In this document: positions 35,838-46,068 of the stretch, in pieces | Layout: each line of letters starts with the position of its first letter | Position numbering within the stretch: position 1 is the stretch's first letter | Assembly: GCA_036140295.1 (NCBI GenBank) | Contig: JAYZYL010000006.1 | Coordinates: 34,276-98,275, forward strand | DNA: 64,000 nt | Direction: 5' to 3' | Source: Pseudomonadota bacterium | GTDB lineage: Bacteria > Pseudomonadota > Gammaproteobacteria > GCA-002705445 > GCA-002716945 | Notes under the pieces: model-generated | What the model saw: the letters and a program-made list of their open reading frames with translations, nothing else | Told to the model about the DNA's origin: nothing | Databases searched by the model: none | Made by a program: the position numbers and the translations under genes

Positions 35838-35892
35838 TTCGTAATATTATATTTTCTTTTAGATCCATCTAAAATTGTATCTTACTCTAAAA

Positions 35893-36720
35893 CTATACCT
35901 CTTGTCTAACGTTTAATACAAATTTATATAATTCCTTTTTCTTATATTCTGTAAATAACCTAAGGATACTAACTACTTCGCTTGGATTATGATCTTTAAG
36001 TAATGATTTAACTCTATCCTTATAACTCTCAATAGAGTCAGGATTCTTAGAACATTTATTAACTATGAGTGTGATTTCACCCAATAAAGGCTTTTTCTCT
36101 AATTCAGATAAAAGCTGTTCAACTTTATAGGATTTGATTGATTCATGAATTTTAGTTAGTTCACGAAAAACTATGACCAAAGTATCTTTCCCGATTATGT
36201 CAGCAATATCGTTCAAAAGGGATTTTATTCTATGTTTGCTTTCATATATGACTGCAGGAAGGTTTATTTTATTTATTTCTTTGATTTTCTTTATTCTCTC
36301 ATTAGATTTTTTTGGTAGAAAGCCAAAAAAAATAAAATTATTTATTGGTATTGTTGAGACTGAAAGAGCACAAGTGAGAGAGCTGGGTCCAGGAATTGGT
36401 ATTGCTGAATACTTTGGATTTATTTTAGCAATTAATTCATAGCCAGGATCTGAAATTGAGGGAGTCCCTGCATCAGTTACAAGGGAAATTATCCTTCCCT
36501 TATCTAAATCACTTATAATTGAATTACATTTCCTTTTCTCATTATCTTTATTAAACGTGATGATTTTCTTTTTTATTTTGTAGTGAGATAACAATTTAGA
36601 AGTTCTAACAGAACTTTCAGCTAGAATATAATCTGATTTTTTTATTATCTCTAGCGCACGGATAGTTATATCATCTAAATTTCCTATTGGCGTTGAAACT
36701 ATGTAAAGTTTACCTAGCAT
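35893..36720 (-). CDS. rsmI: 16S rRNA (cytidine1402-2'-O)-methyltransferase RsmI
   Basis: Tetrapyrrole-methylase-fold N-terminus MLGKLYIVSTPIGNLDDIT and AESSVRTSKLL. Confidence 0.88.
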   Translation of the reverse strand: MLGKLYIVSTPIGNLDDITIRALEIIKKSDYILAESSVRTSKLLSHYKIKKKIITFNKDNEKRKCNSIISDLDKGRIISLVTDAGTPSISDPGYELIAKINPKYSAIPIPGPSSLTCALSVSTIPINNFIFFGFLPKKSNERIKKIKEINKINLPAVIYESKHRIKSLLNDIADIIGKDTLVIVFRELTKIHESIKSYKVEQLLSELEKKPLLGEITLIVNKCSKNPDSIESYKDRVKSLLKDHNPSEVVSILRLFTEYKKKELYKFVLNVRQEV

Positions 36721-36792
36721 GATTTTGAAGATAAATTTTGTTTATATTTAATAATTTACATTGTACTATAATGGAAGTATAGCAATTATAAA

Positions 36793-37374
36793 ATGGACAT
36801 ATCAGAAATAATTAAAAAAAACTTTCATGAAAATTTAGAAGTTAGTAAGGTTTCTATAGGTGACTTATTATCTCAAATTGAATTAGCAACACAAAAAGTA
36901 ATTAATATGATTGATGGTTCTGGAAAACTATTGTCTTGTGGCAATGGAGGTTCGTCTGGTGATGCCCAGCATATTGCCTCTGAATTAGTTAATAGATTTG
37001 AAAAAGAAAGGAAAGAGGTTGCAGCTGTATCTTTAAGTTCGGACACTGCAACAATCACATCTATTGCAAATGATTATGAATATAAATATATATTTTCAAA
37101 ACAAATTAATGCTATTGGTAAAAAAGGAGACTTGCTTGTAGCTTTTACAACCAGTGGTAATTCTGAAAATATATGTGAGGCAATACATTCTGCTCAAAAA
37201 ATTGAAATTCCTATTATACTTATCACAGGAAAAGATGGTGGGAGTGCATCAAAATTACTCTCAACAGGTGATATTGAAATTAGGGTGCCTAGCAATAGGA
37301 CAAGTAGGATTCAAGAAATACACCTAGTAATCATTCACTCCATATGTGAATGTGTTGATAGTCACCTTTGTTAG
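36793..37374 (+). CDS. gmhA: SIS-domain sedoheptulose-7-phosphate isomerase family protein (GmhA; DiaA-like alternative)
   Basis: Motifs SCGNGGS, TSGNS, GKDGG, IEIRVP and RIQEIH. All four residues I recall as the GmhA metal/catalytic ligands (His, Glu in AQHIASE, Gln in RIQEIH, His in IIHSI) are present, whereas DiaA lacks two of them. Divergent from rsmI, which is the yraL/yraO-type neighbourhood. Confidence 0.65.
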   Translation: MDISEIIKKNFHENLEVSKVSIGDLLSQIELATQKVINMIDGSGKLLSCGNGGSSGDAQHIASELVNRFEKERKEVAAVSLSSDTATITSIANDYEYKYIFSKQINAIGKKGDLLVAFTTSGNSENICEAIHSAQKIEIPIILITGKDGGSASKLLSTGDIEIRVPSNRTSRIQEIHLVIIHSICECVDSHLC

Positions 37375-37992
37375 CTATTCCATTTCCTTTTCAGTTTCTG
37401 TGAGACTTTCTTGAAAAGATGTTCTAGAAAAAATTCTTTCAGCATAGTTTTCAATGATTTTTTTGTTATCAGAAATCTGTATATCTAAATGTTTTATTCT
37501 CCAAAGTAATGGGGCTAAACTACAATCAACTAAACCAAAATCATCTTGCATAAAAAATTTATCAGATATAAGTGGGACTATTTCTAAAAAATAATTTTTT
37601 ATTTTTTCTTTAAACTGGTCAGTTAGAACTCCATTTTTATATGAATTATTAAACTCTGGATACCATTGATGTTCTATTTTATCTAATGCAATTCGAAATT
37701 TTGCTCTAGCAACTGGATCTACAGGAAGTAACGGTGGATGAGGAAACCTCTCATCAAGATATTCAATTATTACACGAGAATTTTGAAGTACTAATTCCCT
37801 ATCAACAAGTGTGGGGAAATCGCTATAAGGGCTAATTAATTTTACCTCTTCAGAAATATTTTTAATATCAACTTCATGTAATTCTGCAGCTATTTCTTTT
37901 TCTTTTATAACCAAGCGTGTACGATGACTGTGTAAACAGTCGGGTAAAGAAAATAATAATATTGCTGAACGTCTATTTGCAAGAATGGTCAT
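37375..37992 (-). CDS. sspA: Stringent starvation protein A (GST-fold RNAP-associated protein)
   Basis: About 50% identity along the full length to E. coli SspA (LVDRELVLQNSRVIIEYLDERFPHPPL, LVDCSLAPLLWR). True start is the ATG at 37992 (MTILANRRS), in a TAATG overlap with the petC stop. The 26-codon upstream extension in the track begins at a non-ATG codon. Confidence 0.88.
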   Translation of the reverse strand: MTILANRRSAILLFSLPDCLHSHRTRLVIKEKEIAAELHEVDIKNISEEVKLISPYSDFPTLVDRELVLQNSRVIIEYLDERFPHPPLLPVDPVARAKFRIALDKIEHQWYPEFNNSYKNGVLTDQFKEKIKNYFLEIVPLISDKFFMQDDFGLVDCSLAPLLWRIKHLDIQISDNKKIIENYAERIFSRTSFQESLTETEKEME

Positions 37993-38717
37993 TAATCTAT
38001 GTCCCTCCAATATTCTTTTTTTAATAAATAAGCTAGAAAAGCAAATAAAGATAAAAACAAGAGAACCCAAAATCCAACCTTATATCTTTCAAGTTGTGCA
38101 GGCTCTGAAACATAAGCTAAAAAATTAACAAGGTCAGTAACTGCTTGCTTATATTCCTTTTCGCTTAATGATCCGGTCACCACATAACTATATTTTTTAG
38201 GATTACCTTCTACAGGTTTTTTCAACCCTTCCATCCACCATAAAGCATGCGGCATGCTCACATTAGGGTAAAGTTTATTATTCACACCCAAAGGTCTCGA
38301 ATCATCTTTATAAAATGATGTTAAAAACGTGTAAACCCAATCTGCACCCCTTGACCTTACTATTAAAGATAAATCAGGAGGAGTAACACCAAAAGCTTCT
38401 TTTGAAAAATCTTCATCAACTGCATTAATTATTAAAGACCCAATTTTAGTTGGCTCTCCATATTTATCTGTAGTAAAAATTAAATTTTTTTCTATCACTT
38501 CTTTAGGCATTCCTAAATGATTTATAAATTTACTATATCGTTGATATTTAAGTGTATGACATCCTAAACAATTATTCATAAAAATTTTTGCTCCTCTCTG
38601 GAGAGAGGGTTTGTTGTGAATATTTATTGAAACTTGATCTAAAATAATTTTCTCAGATGAAAAAATATTATCTGAAAATAAGAAGGATAGAATTACAATT
38701 AAAAAATATCTATTCAT
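37992..38717 (-). CDS. petC: Cytochrome c1 of ubiquinol-cytochrome c reductase
   Basis: Signal peptide, heme motif CLGCH and a C-terminal TM anchor. Follows petB. Confidence 0.9.
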   Translation of the reverse strand: MNRYFLIVILSFLFSDNIFSSEKIILDQVSINIHNKPSLQRGAKIFMNNCLGCHTLKYQRYSKFINHLGMPKEVIEKNLIFTTDKYGEPTKIGSLIINAVDEDFSKEAFGVTPPDLSLIVRSRGADWVYTFLTSFYKDDSRPLGVNNKLYPNVSMPHALWWMEGLKKPVEGNPKKYSYVVTGSLSEKEYKQAVTDLVNFLAYVSEPAQLERYKVGFWVLLFLSLFAFLAYLLKKEYWRDID

Positions 38718-39927
38718 CCATTCTTACCCTTTCAGGCACTTCTTTAGTTTTTTCATCTTTGCTAGTTATATATAGGAAAATAAAAAAACCAAAATAGATT
38801 AAAGTAAATAATCTTCCAACCCATGTAAGTATTGGTGTAGGTGGATTCATTCCTATATATCCGAGCCCTATGAAACTAATGATAAAAAGTGTAAGAGAAG
38901 TTTTATATCCATTAGATCTATACCTTATTGATTTTACAGGACACCTATCAATCCATGGCATTACAAATAGGATCAGTATTGATATCCCCATAACAATTAC
39001 ACCACCTAGCTTATCAGGGATAGCACGTAGTATTGCGTAAAATGGGGTAAGATACCAAAGAGGTTGTATGTGTTCTGGAGTTTGCAGTGGATTGGCTGGA
39101 ACAAAATTATCTCGTTCAAGAAAGTATCCTCCAAATTCTGGCATAAAAAACACTATAAAGGCGAATATTATTAAAAAAATAGATAGACCAAATATATCTT
39201 TTACTGTGTAGTATGGATGAAAGGGTATGCCATCTCTTGGAATTCCATTTTCATCTGTATTTTCTTTAATTTCAATCCCGTCTGGATTATTTGATCCGAC
39301 AGTATGTAATGCAGCAATATGAAGATAGATTAAGAAAAAAAGAAGTAATGGTATTGCTATTACATGAAATGCAAAAAATCTATTCAATGTAACATCAGAA
39401 ACAACATAGTCTCCTCGAATCCATAATGCTAGTGGTTCACCAATATATGGTATTGCACCAAAAAGTGAAATAATAACCTGTGCACCCCAATATGACATCT
39501 GTCCCCATGGCAACAGATATCCCATGAAAGCTTCTGCCATTAATAAAACAAAAATAATCATTCCAAAAATCCAAAGAAGTTCCCTTGGTTTTTTAAACGA
39601 TCCATAAAGAAGAGCTCTGAACATATGGAGATAAACTATTAAAAAAAAGAAAGATGATCCAGTTGAGTGTAAATATCGTATTAGCCATCCCCATTCAACA
39701 TCTCTCATAATATATTCAACAGATGCAAAAGCATTTGAAGCATCAGGTTTATAATTAATGGTTAAAAATATCCCTGTTATTATTTGCAGTATGAAGATGA
39801 ATAAAGCCAAACTTCCAAAAAAATAAAAAAAGTTGAAATTCTTTGGAGCATAATATTGAGATAGATGATTTCTAAAAAAACTACTGACTGGAAGCCTAGC
39901 ATCTATCCATGACATAAACTTACCCAT
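38710..39927 (-). CDS. petB: Cytochrome b of the bc1 complex
   Basis: 405 aa with 8 TM helices, conserved heme-ligand His pairs and a PEW motif. Confidence 0.95.
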   Translation of the reverse strand: MGKFMSWIDARLPVSSFFRNHLSQYYAPKNFNFFYFFGSLALFIFILQIITGIFLTINYKPDASNAFASVEYIMRDVEWGWLIRYLHSTGSSFFFLIVYLHMFRALLYGSFKKPRELLWIFGMIIFVLLMAEAFMGYLLPWGQMSYWGAQVIISLFGAIPYIGEPLALWIRGDYVVSDVTLNRFFAFHVIAIPLLLFFLIYLHIAALHTVGSNNPDGIEIKENTDENGIPRDGIPFHPYYTVKDIFGLSIFLIIFAFIVFFMPEFGGYFLERDNFVPANPLQTPEHIQPLWYLTPFYAILRAIPDKLGGVIVMGISILILFVMPWIDRCPVKSIRYRSNGYKTSLTLFIISFIGLGYIGMNPPTPILTWVGRLFTLIYFGFFIFLYITSKDEKTKEVPERVRMDE

Positions 39928-40538
39928 TAAACTTGCTCTCCATCTTCTCCAACAATAATGATATTTTCAGAAATAAAGTGATATGGCGGTACTTCTAAGT
40001 TAGATGGAGCGGGTACTCCTTTATATACTCTTCCTGATAAATCAAATGTAGAGCCGTGGCAAGGGCAAAAAAAACCACCTTCCCAATCTAAACCAAACTC
40101 TGAAGAGTTTTTATTTGGCTTATATAATGGAGAACAGCCTAGATGAGTGCAAATACCTAATAGTACTAAAAATTCTGGTTTAATTGAACGATACTTATTT
40201 TTCGTATATGTTGGTTGGAATTCTCCAAGTGACTTTGGATCACTTAAATAATCTGGTTCTTCCTCTATTTTTCTAAGCATCTCAGGAGTTCTTCTCACCA
40301 CCCAGACTGGCTTACCTCTCCATTCAAAGACTTTAAATGCCCCTGGTTTTAGACTTGAAATATCAATCTTGATAGGTGCTCCAGCCATCTTAGTTTTTTC
40401 GCTAGGGGACATTGATGATAAAAAAGGAATTAAACTGAATACTGCCCCTATGCCTCCTACAACAGCTGTAAGATTGGTTAAAAATTTTCTCCGATTAGCA
40501 GGTTTTTTTGAGTCAGTCATTTGAGATATTGACAACAC
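39927..40538 (-). CDS. petA: Ubiquinol-cytochrome c reductase Rieske iron-sulfur subunit
   Basis: Tat-like N-terminus (RRKFL) and Rieske boxes CTHLGC and CPCHGS. Confidence 0.93.
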   Translation of the reverse strand: MLSISQMTDSKKPANRRKFLTNLTAVVGGIGAVFSLIPFLSSMSPSEKTKMAGAPIKIDISSLKPGAFKVFEWRGKPVWVVRRTPEMLRKIEEEPDYLSDPKSLGEFQPTYTKNKYRSIKPEFLVLLGICTHLGCSPLYKPNKNSSEFGLDWEGGFFCPCHGSTFDLSGRVYKGVPAPSNLEVPPYHFISENIIIVGEDGEQV

Positions 40539-40660
40539 TACGTTTTTAACTGCTCATATAATATCACACTATTCACAAAATTTTTACTCAAATCTATAAT
40601 AAAAACTGTAAACTAATTTATTTATTGTATTATTTAAGTGTGAGTTAGTTAAAGACGGTT

Positions 40661-41737
40661 ATGAGAGAGACATTAAATTACATAGCAGTTGGAATAGTAA
40701 CTGCAATTATTATTTATTTGCTGAGTCCGACCATGTTTAGCAACAAGGTTGAAATTATTGAAGCGTCTTCAACGGTGAATAATAAATCGTCAAATTTTAA
40801 ACTTTCATATTCTGATACCTTTAATAAGGTTAAAGCATCAGTTGTTACCATTTATACTGCTTCAAACAGGCCTCAAAGAAAAAATATGCTTTTTGTTGAT
40901 CCACGCACAGGTCAGCTAAAAAGAGTTCCTCCCAGCCCTAGTTTTGGTCAAGGTTCAGGTGTTGTAGTTAGTAAAGATGGGCATATTGTAACAAATTTTC
41001 ATGTTGTGCGAACTGCAAGTAGTGTAGGGGTTTTAGATCACAAAGGTAATGAACTTGGTGCCGTTGTAATAGGTGCCGACCCAGAAACAGATTTAGCCGT
41101 TCTAAAAGTAAATACACCAATGACACCAATTACTTTTGGTAAAATATCATCGATTAACGTAGGTGATGTTGTTCTAGCAATTGGAAATCCTCTCAATGTT
41201 GGACAAACTTTAACTCTTGGTGTAATTTCTGCGACTGGAAGACATACAAATTTATCCAATCCATACGAAAACTTTATTCAGACTGATGCTGCTATCAACA
41301 AGGGTAATTCAGGTGGCGCTCTTGTAAATATCCATGGAGAATTAATAGGAATTAATACATCAATAAGTACGGTTGGAGGTGGTTCAGATGGCATTGGATG
41401 GGCAATTCCTATAGATACGACAAAATTTGTTCTAACTCAGTTGATAGAAAAGGGTGAAGTGACACGAGGATATTTAGGTTTTCAAAATGTACCTGGTTTT
41501 AGTGGAAAAGGAATTTTAGTAAATGTAATTTTTAAGGGTGGCCCAGCAGACAAAGCAGGTCTAAGGCCTGGTGATATCATAAGGAAAATTGATGGCGTAG
41601 AAGTTAATGACATTAGAAATGCTGGAAATCTTATTGCATCATACTCTCCTGGTCAACCTGTTATACTCGATGTTTTAAGAAAAGAAAAAGAATTAAAGCT
41701 AGAATTAGTGGTTGGGAAAAGACCTACAAAAAAATAA
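40661..41737 (+). CDS. DegS/DegP-family periplasmic serine endoprotease (trypsin domain plus one PDZ, N-terminal membrane anchor)
   Basis: 358 aa with an N-terminal TM helix, catalytic His/Asp/Ser (TNFHVV, DLAVLKV, GNSGGALV) and a single C-terminal PDZ. Size and layout resemble DegS. Confidence 0.85.
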   Translation: MRETLNYIAVGIVTAIIIYLLSPTMFSNKVEIIEASSTVNNKSSNFKLSYSDTFNKVKASVVTIYTASNRPQRKNMLFVDPRTGQLKRVPPSPSFGQGSGVVVSKDGHIVTNFHVVRTASSVGVLDHKGNELGAVVIGADPETDLAVLKVNTPMTPITFGKISSINVGDVVLAIGNPLNVGQTLTLGVISATGRHTNLSNPYENFIQTDAAINKGNSGGALVNIHGELIGINTSISTVGGGSDGIGWAIPIDTTKFVLTQLIEKGEVTRGYLGFQNVPGFSGKGILVNVIFKGGPADKAGLRPGDIIRKIDGVEVNDIRNAGNLIASYSPGQPVILDVLRKEKELKLELVVGKRPTKK

Positions 41738-41750
41738 TATTCTTATTTAA

Positions 41751-43052
41751 TTACTTTTGTTTTCTAATACGCGCTGCCATTCCATGAGCCTGTAAACCTT
41801 CAGCTTCAGCAAGTGACGAAGATATAGAACTTAACTCCCTAGCAGTTTGTTTTGAGATTCTTAAAATACTTGAACGTTTCTGAAAGTCATAAACTCCAAG
41901 TGGTGAAGAAAATTTTGCAGATCCAGAAGTTGGCAAGACATGATTTGGACCCGCACAATAATCTCCAAAAACTTCTGTACTATACTTGCCTAAAAAAATT
42001 GCCCCAGCATTTTTAATTTGTTTCGAGATTTTATTAACATTTTTACATACAATTTCTAAATGTTCTGGAGCTATTTCATTGGCAATATCGCTTGCTTCGT
42101 TCATAGTTCTTGTTTTAATGAACATTCCTCTATTTTTTATAGATTTTAGTATAATTTTTTTTCTAGGAAGCGTATCAATTATTTTTTCCATTGATTGTTT
42201 TACTAAACTAATGAAAGTAGAGCTTGTTGAAATTAAAATAGACTGTGCAAGCTCATCATGTTCTGCTTGAGAAAATAGATCTAATGCAATCCATTCTGGG
42301 TTAGCACTATTGTCTGCAAGAATAACAATTTCTGATGGGCCAGCAATATTATCAATTCCTACTTCTCCAAAAACCATTTTTTTTGCTAACGTTACAAATA
42401 TATTACCTGGACCCACAATTTTATTTACTTGCGGTATTGTAGAGGTTCCATAGGTTAGAGCAGCAATGGCATGAGCGCCTCCTATTTTATATATCTCGTC
42501 AACGCCACATAGATCTGCAGCCACAATTGCCAAACTATGTTTTTTAATATCTTTCATTGGACAAACCATCACAATTTTTTTTACGCCAGCAACTTTTGCT
42601 GGTATTGTATTCATCACAACTGTTGAAGGATATGATGCTTTTCCTCCAGGCACATATATTCCAACAGATTCAATTGGTGTAATTTTTTCCCCGAAATAAG
42701 TATTTTTATTTTTTTCTTTCCAACTAGAAGTTAATTGTTTTTTTGAAAATAAGTGAATTCTCCGTATAGATTTTTTTAAATTCACTAATTCTTCTTTTGA
42801 AACTAGTTTACTTGCTTCTTTTATTTCCTTTTTTGTTACGCGGATATTTTTTAGATTAGATATTTTATATTTATCATATTTATTAATAAATTTTATAAGT
42901 GCTTTATCTCCATTTTTTCTAACAGAATCAATAATTTTCTTAACAGCACTTATTTTTTTATCATCAACATTACGTGTTACATTTATTTTATCTCTAAATG
43001 TTTTCCAAAAGCTTTTATTTTTTGTATCTAAATTATTAGTATTAATTTTCAT
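41751..43052 (-). CDS. hisD: Histidinol dehydrogenase
   Basis: HisD family protein; the segment QAEHD is consistent with the zinc-binding region. Start placed at the ATG at 43052 (MKINTNN); the track start at 43064 is a TTG. Confidence 0.92.
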   Translation of the reverse strand: MKINTNNLDTKNKSFWKTFRDKINVTRNVDDKKISAVKKIIDSVRKNGDKALIKFINKYDKYKISNLKNIRVTKKEIKEASKLVSKEELVNLKKSIRRIHLFSKKQLTSSWKEKNKNTYFGEKITPIESVGIYVPGGKASYPSTVVMNTIPAKVAGVKKIVMVCPMKDIKKHSLAIVAADLCGVDEIYKIGGAHAIAALTYGTSTIPQVNKIVGPGNIFVTLAKKMVFGEVGIDNIAGPSEIVILADNSANPEWIALDLFSQAEHDELAQSILISTSSTFISLVKQSMEKIIDTLPRKKIILKSIKNRGMFIKTRTMNEASDIANEIAPEHLEIVCKNVNKISKQIKNAGAIFLGKYSTEVFGDYCAGPNHVLPTSGSAKFSSPLGVYDFQKRSSILRISKQTARELSSISSSLAEAEGLQAHGMAARIRKQK

Positions 43053-43064
43053 ATAACATCTCAA

Positions 43065-44117
43065 TTATCTTTTTTCCATCGCATTAGATAACACCATAAT
43101 TAGCTCCCTGGTTTCTTCCCACCCAATACATGCATCTGTTATGCTTTGTCCATATTTTAAATTTGATCTCTTGTCTACATTTTGTTTTCCTTCTACCAAA
43201 TTACTTTCTATCATGACTCCTATTATATTTTTATCGCCATCAATAATTTGTTCAGAAATGGTTTTAATTACTATTCCTTGTTTTGTATGGTCTTTTTGAC
43301 TATTAGCATGACTTGCATCTACCATAATTCTTGGTTTCAAGTCATTAGTCTTAAGAGCATTTGCAACATCACTTACATCTTTTTTAGAATAATTTGGGTT
43401 TTTCCCTCCTCTTAAAATAATATGACAGTCTTTGTTTCCTGTTGTTGAGAATATTGCAGATTTTCCTTCTTTAGTAACAGATAAAAAATTATGAGGTCTG
43501 CTAGCAGCTTTTATTGCATCAACAGCTATTTGGATACCTCCATCTGTTCCATTTTTGAAACCAACTGGACATGATAGGCCAGAGGCAAGTTCTCTATGGC
43601 TTTGGCTTTCAGTTGTCCTAGCTCCGATAGCTCCCCAACTAATAATATCTGAAATATATTGAGGACTGATCAAATCTAAATATTCGTGACCTGACGGCAT
43701 TCCTATGTCTGCTAAATCTAACAAAAGTTTTCTGGCAATTTTCATTCCCTTGTTTATTTGAAAGCTGTTATCAAGTTCAGGATCATTGATAAGTCCCTTC
43801 CATCCCACAACTGTTCTTGGTTTTTCAAAATACACTCTCATTACTATCAAAATATTCTTTTGAACTTGTTTTTTTATTTCTAAGAGATGGTTTGCATAAT
43901 CTAAAGCAGCATCAACATCATGTATAGAGCATGGCCCTACGATAAGCAGAAGCCTATTATCTGATCCATTTAAAATATTTATTATTTCCTTGCGTGTTTC
44001 TACAACTGTATTAATAGCTGCTTCTGACATTGGGAGACTATCAATTAATTCTTTAGAGGAGATTAGTTCTCTAATAGATGAAATTTTTAAATCATCGGTT
44101 AGATTTTTTTTAGTCAT
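43065..44117 (-). CDS. aroG: 3-deoxy-7-phosphoheptulonate (DAHP) synthase, class I (AroF/G/H type)
   Basis: 350 aa with LLLIVGPCSIHD and KPRT motifs. Full-length alignment to E. coli AroG/AroF. Confidence 0.92.
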   Translation of the reverse strand: MTKKNLTDDLKISSIRELISSKELIDSLPMSEAAINTVVETRKEIINILNGSDNRLLLIVGPCSIHDVDAALDYANHLLEIKKQVQKNILIVMRVYFEKPRTVVGWKGLINDPELDNSFQINKGMKIARKLLLDLADIGMPSGHEYLDLISPQYISDIISWGAIGARTTESQSHRELASGLSCPVGFKNGTDGGIQIAVDAIKAASRPHNFLSVTKEGKSAIFSTTGNKDCHIILRGGKNPNYSKKDVSDVANALKTNDLKPRIMVDASHANSQKDHTKQGIVIKTISEQIIDGDKNIIGVMIESNLVEGKQNVDKRSNLKYGQSITDACIGWEETRELIMVLSNAMEKR

Positions 44118-44118
44118 A

Positions 44119-44733
44119 TTATTTCCCTACTTTATCTAGTAAGTTTACAAAATCATCTATTTTTTCTCTATTAACTTTATAGGAGCTCTTGTTTGCTATT
44201 AATATAGAGCTTATTTTATGTATAAGTTCTAACTCCTTTAGGCCATTTTGCTTTAGTGTTTGACCCGATTCAACTAAATCTACTATTACATCTGTCATAT
44301 TTAGTACTGCAGCAAGTTCAATTGATCCATATAATTTCATCACTGAACATTGGAATCCTCTATCATGGAAAAAACTTTTTGTAATATTTGGATACTTAGT
44401 CGCAACTTTCATATTATTTTTAAGCTTAGTTTTATTTTTTCCAGCTACAACAAGTCTGCATAACGCAATATTCAGATCTCGTAGTCTAAAATAGTTTTCT
44501 TTATTTACTTCTAGCAATGTATCTTTACCAACAATTCCAATATCTACTTTACCTGATTCTATATATAGAGGTACGTCACTTGCTCTAACAACAATAATTT
44601 CTAAATCTTTTATGTTTGTAGAGAATATAAGTTTTCTAGATGTTAAAGGTGATTCTTTACACATAACTCTACATTGAGCAAGAATTTTTAATGCTTCTTC
44701 TAAAATTCTACCTTTTGAAATTGCTAATCTCAT
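44119..44733 (-). CDS. hisG: ATP phosphoribosyltransferase, short form (HisG-S)
   Basis: About 204 aa from the ATG at 44733 (MRLAISKGRILEE). Lacks the C-terminal regulatory domain of long HisG. The track start at 44769 is a TTG. Confidence 0.85.
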   Translation of the reverse strand: MRLAISKGRILEEALKILAQCRVMCKESPLTSRKLIFSTNIKDLEIIVVRASDVPLYIESGKVDIGIVGKDTLLEVNKENYFRLRDLNIALCRLVVAGKNKTKLKNNMKVATKYPNITKSFFHDRGFQCSVMKLYGSIELAAVLNMTDVIVDLVESGQTLKQNGLKELELIHKISSILIANKSSYKVNREKIDDFVNLLDKVGK

Positions 44734-44749
44734 TACATTAAAACAATAA

Positions 44750-46018
<1,269 letters not shown>

Positions 46019-46068
46019 TTAAATGTTTGGTTGTTTGGATATTCTAAAGTTTTATAAAGAATAATGCC

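Noticed and set aside
37993-38070. 26-codon N-terminal extension of the sspA ORF
   Set aside because: It begins at a non-ATG codon and would run through the petC 3' end. Homology to SspA begins exactly at the ATG at 37992 (MTILANRRS), which forms a TAATG junction with the petC stop.
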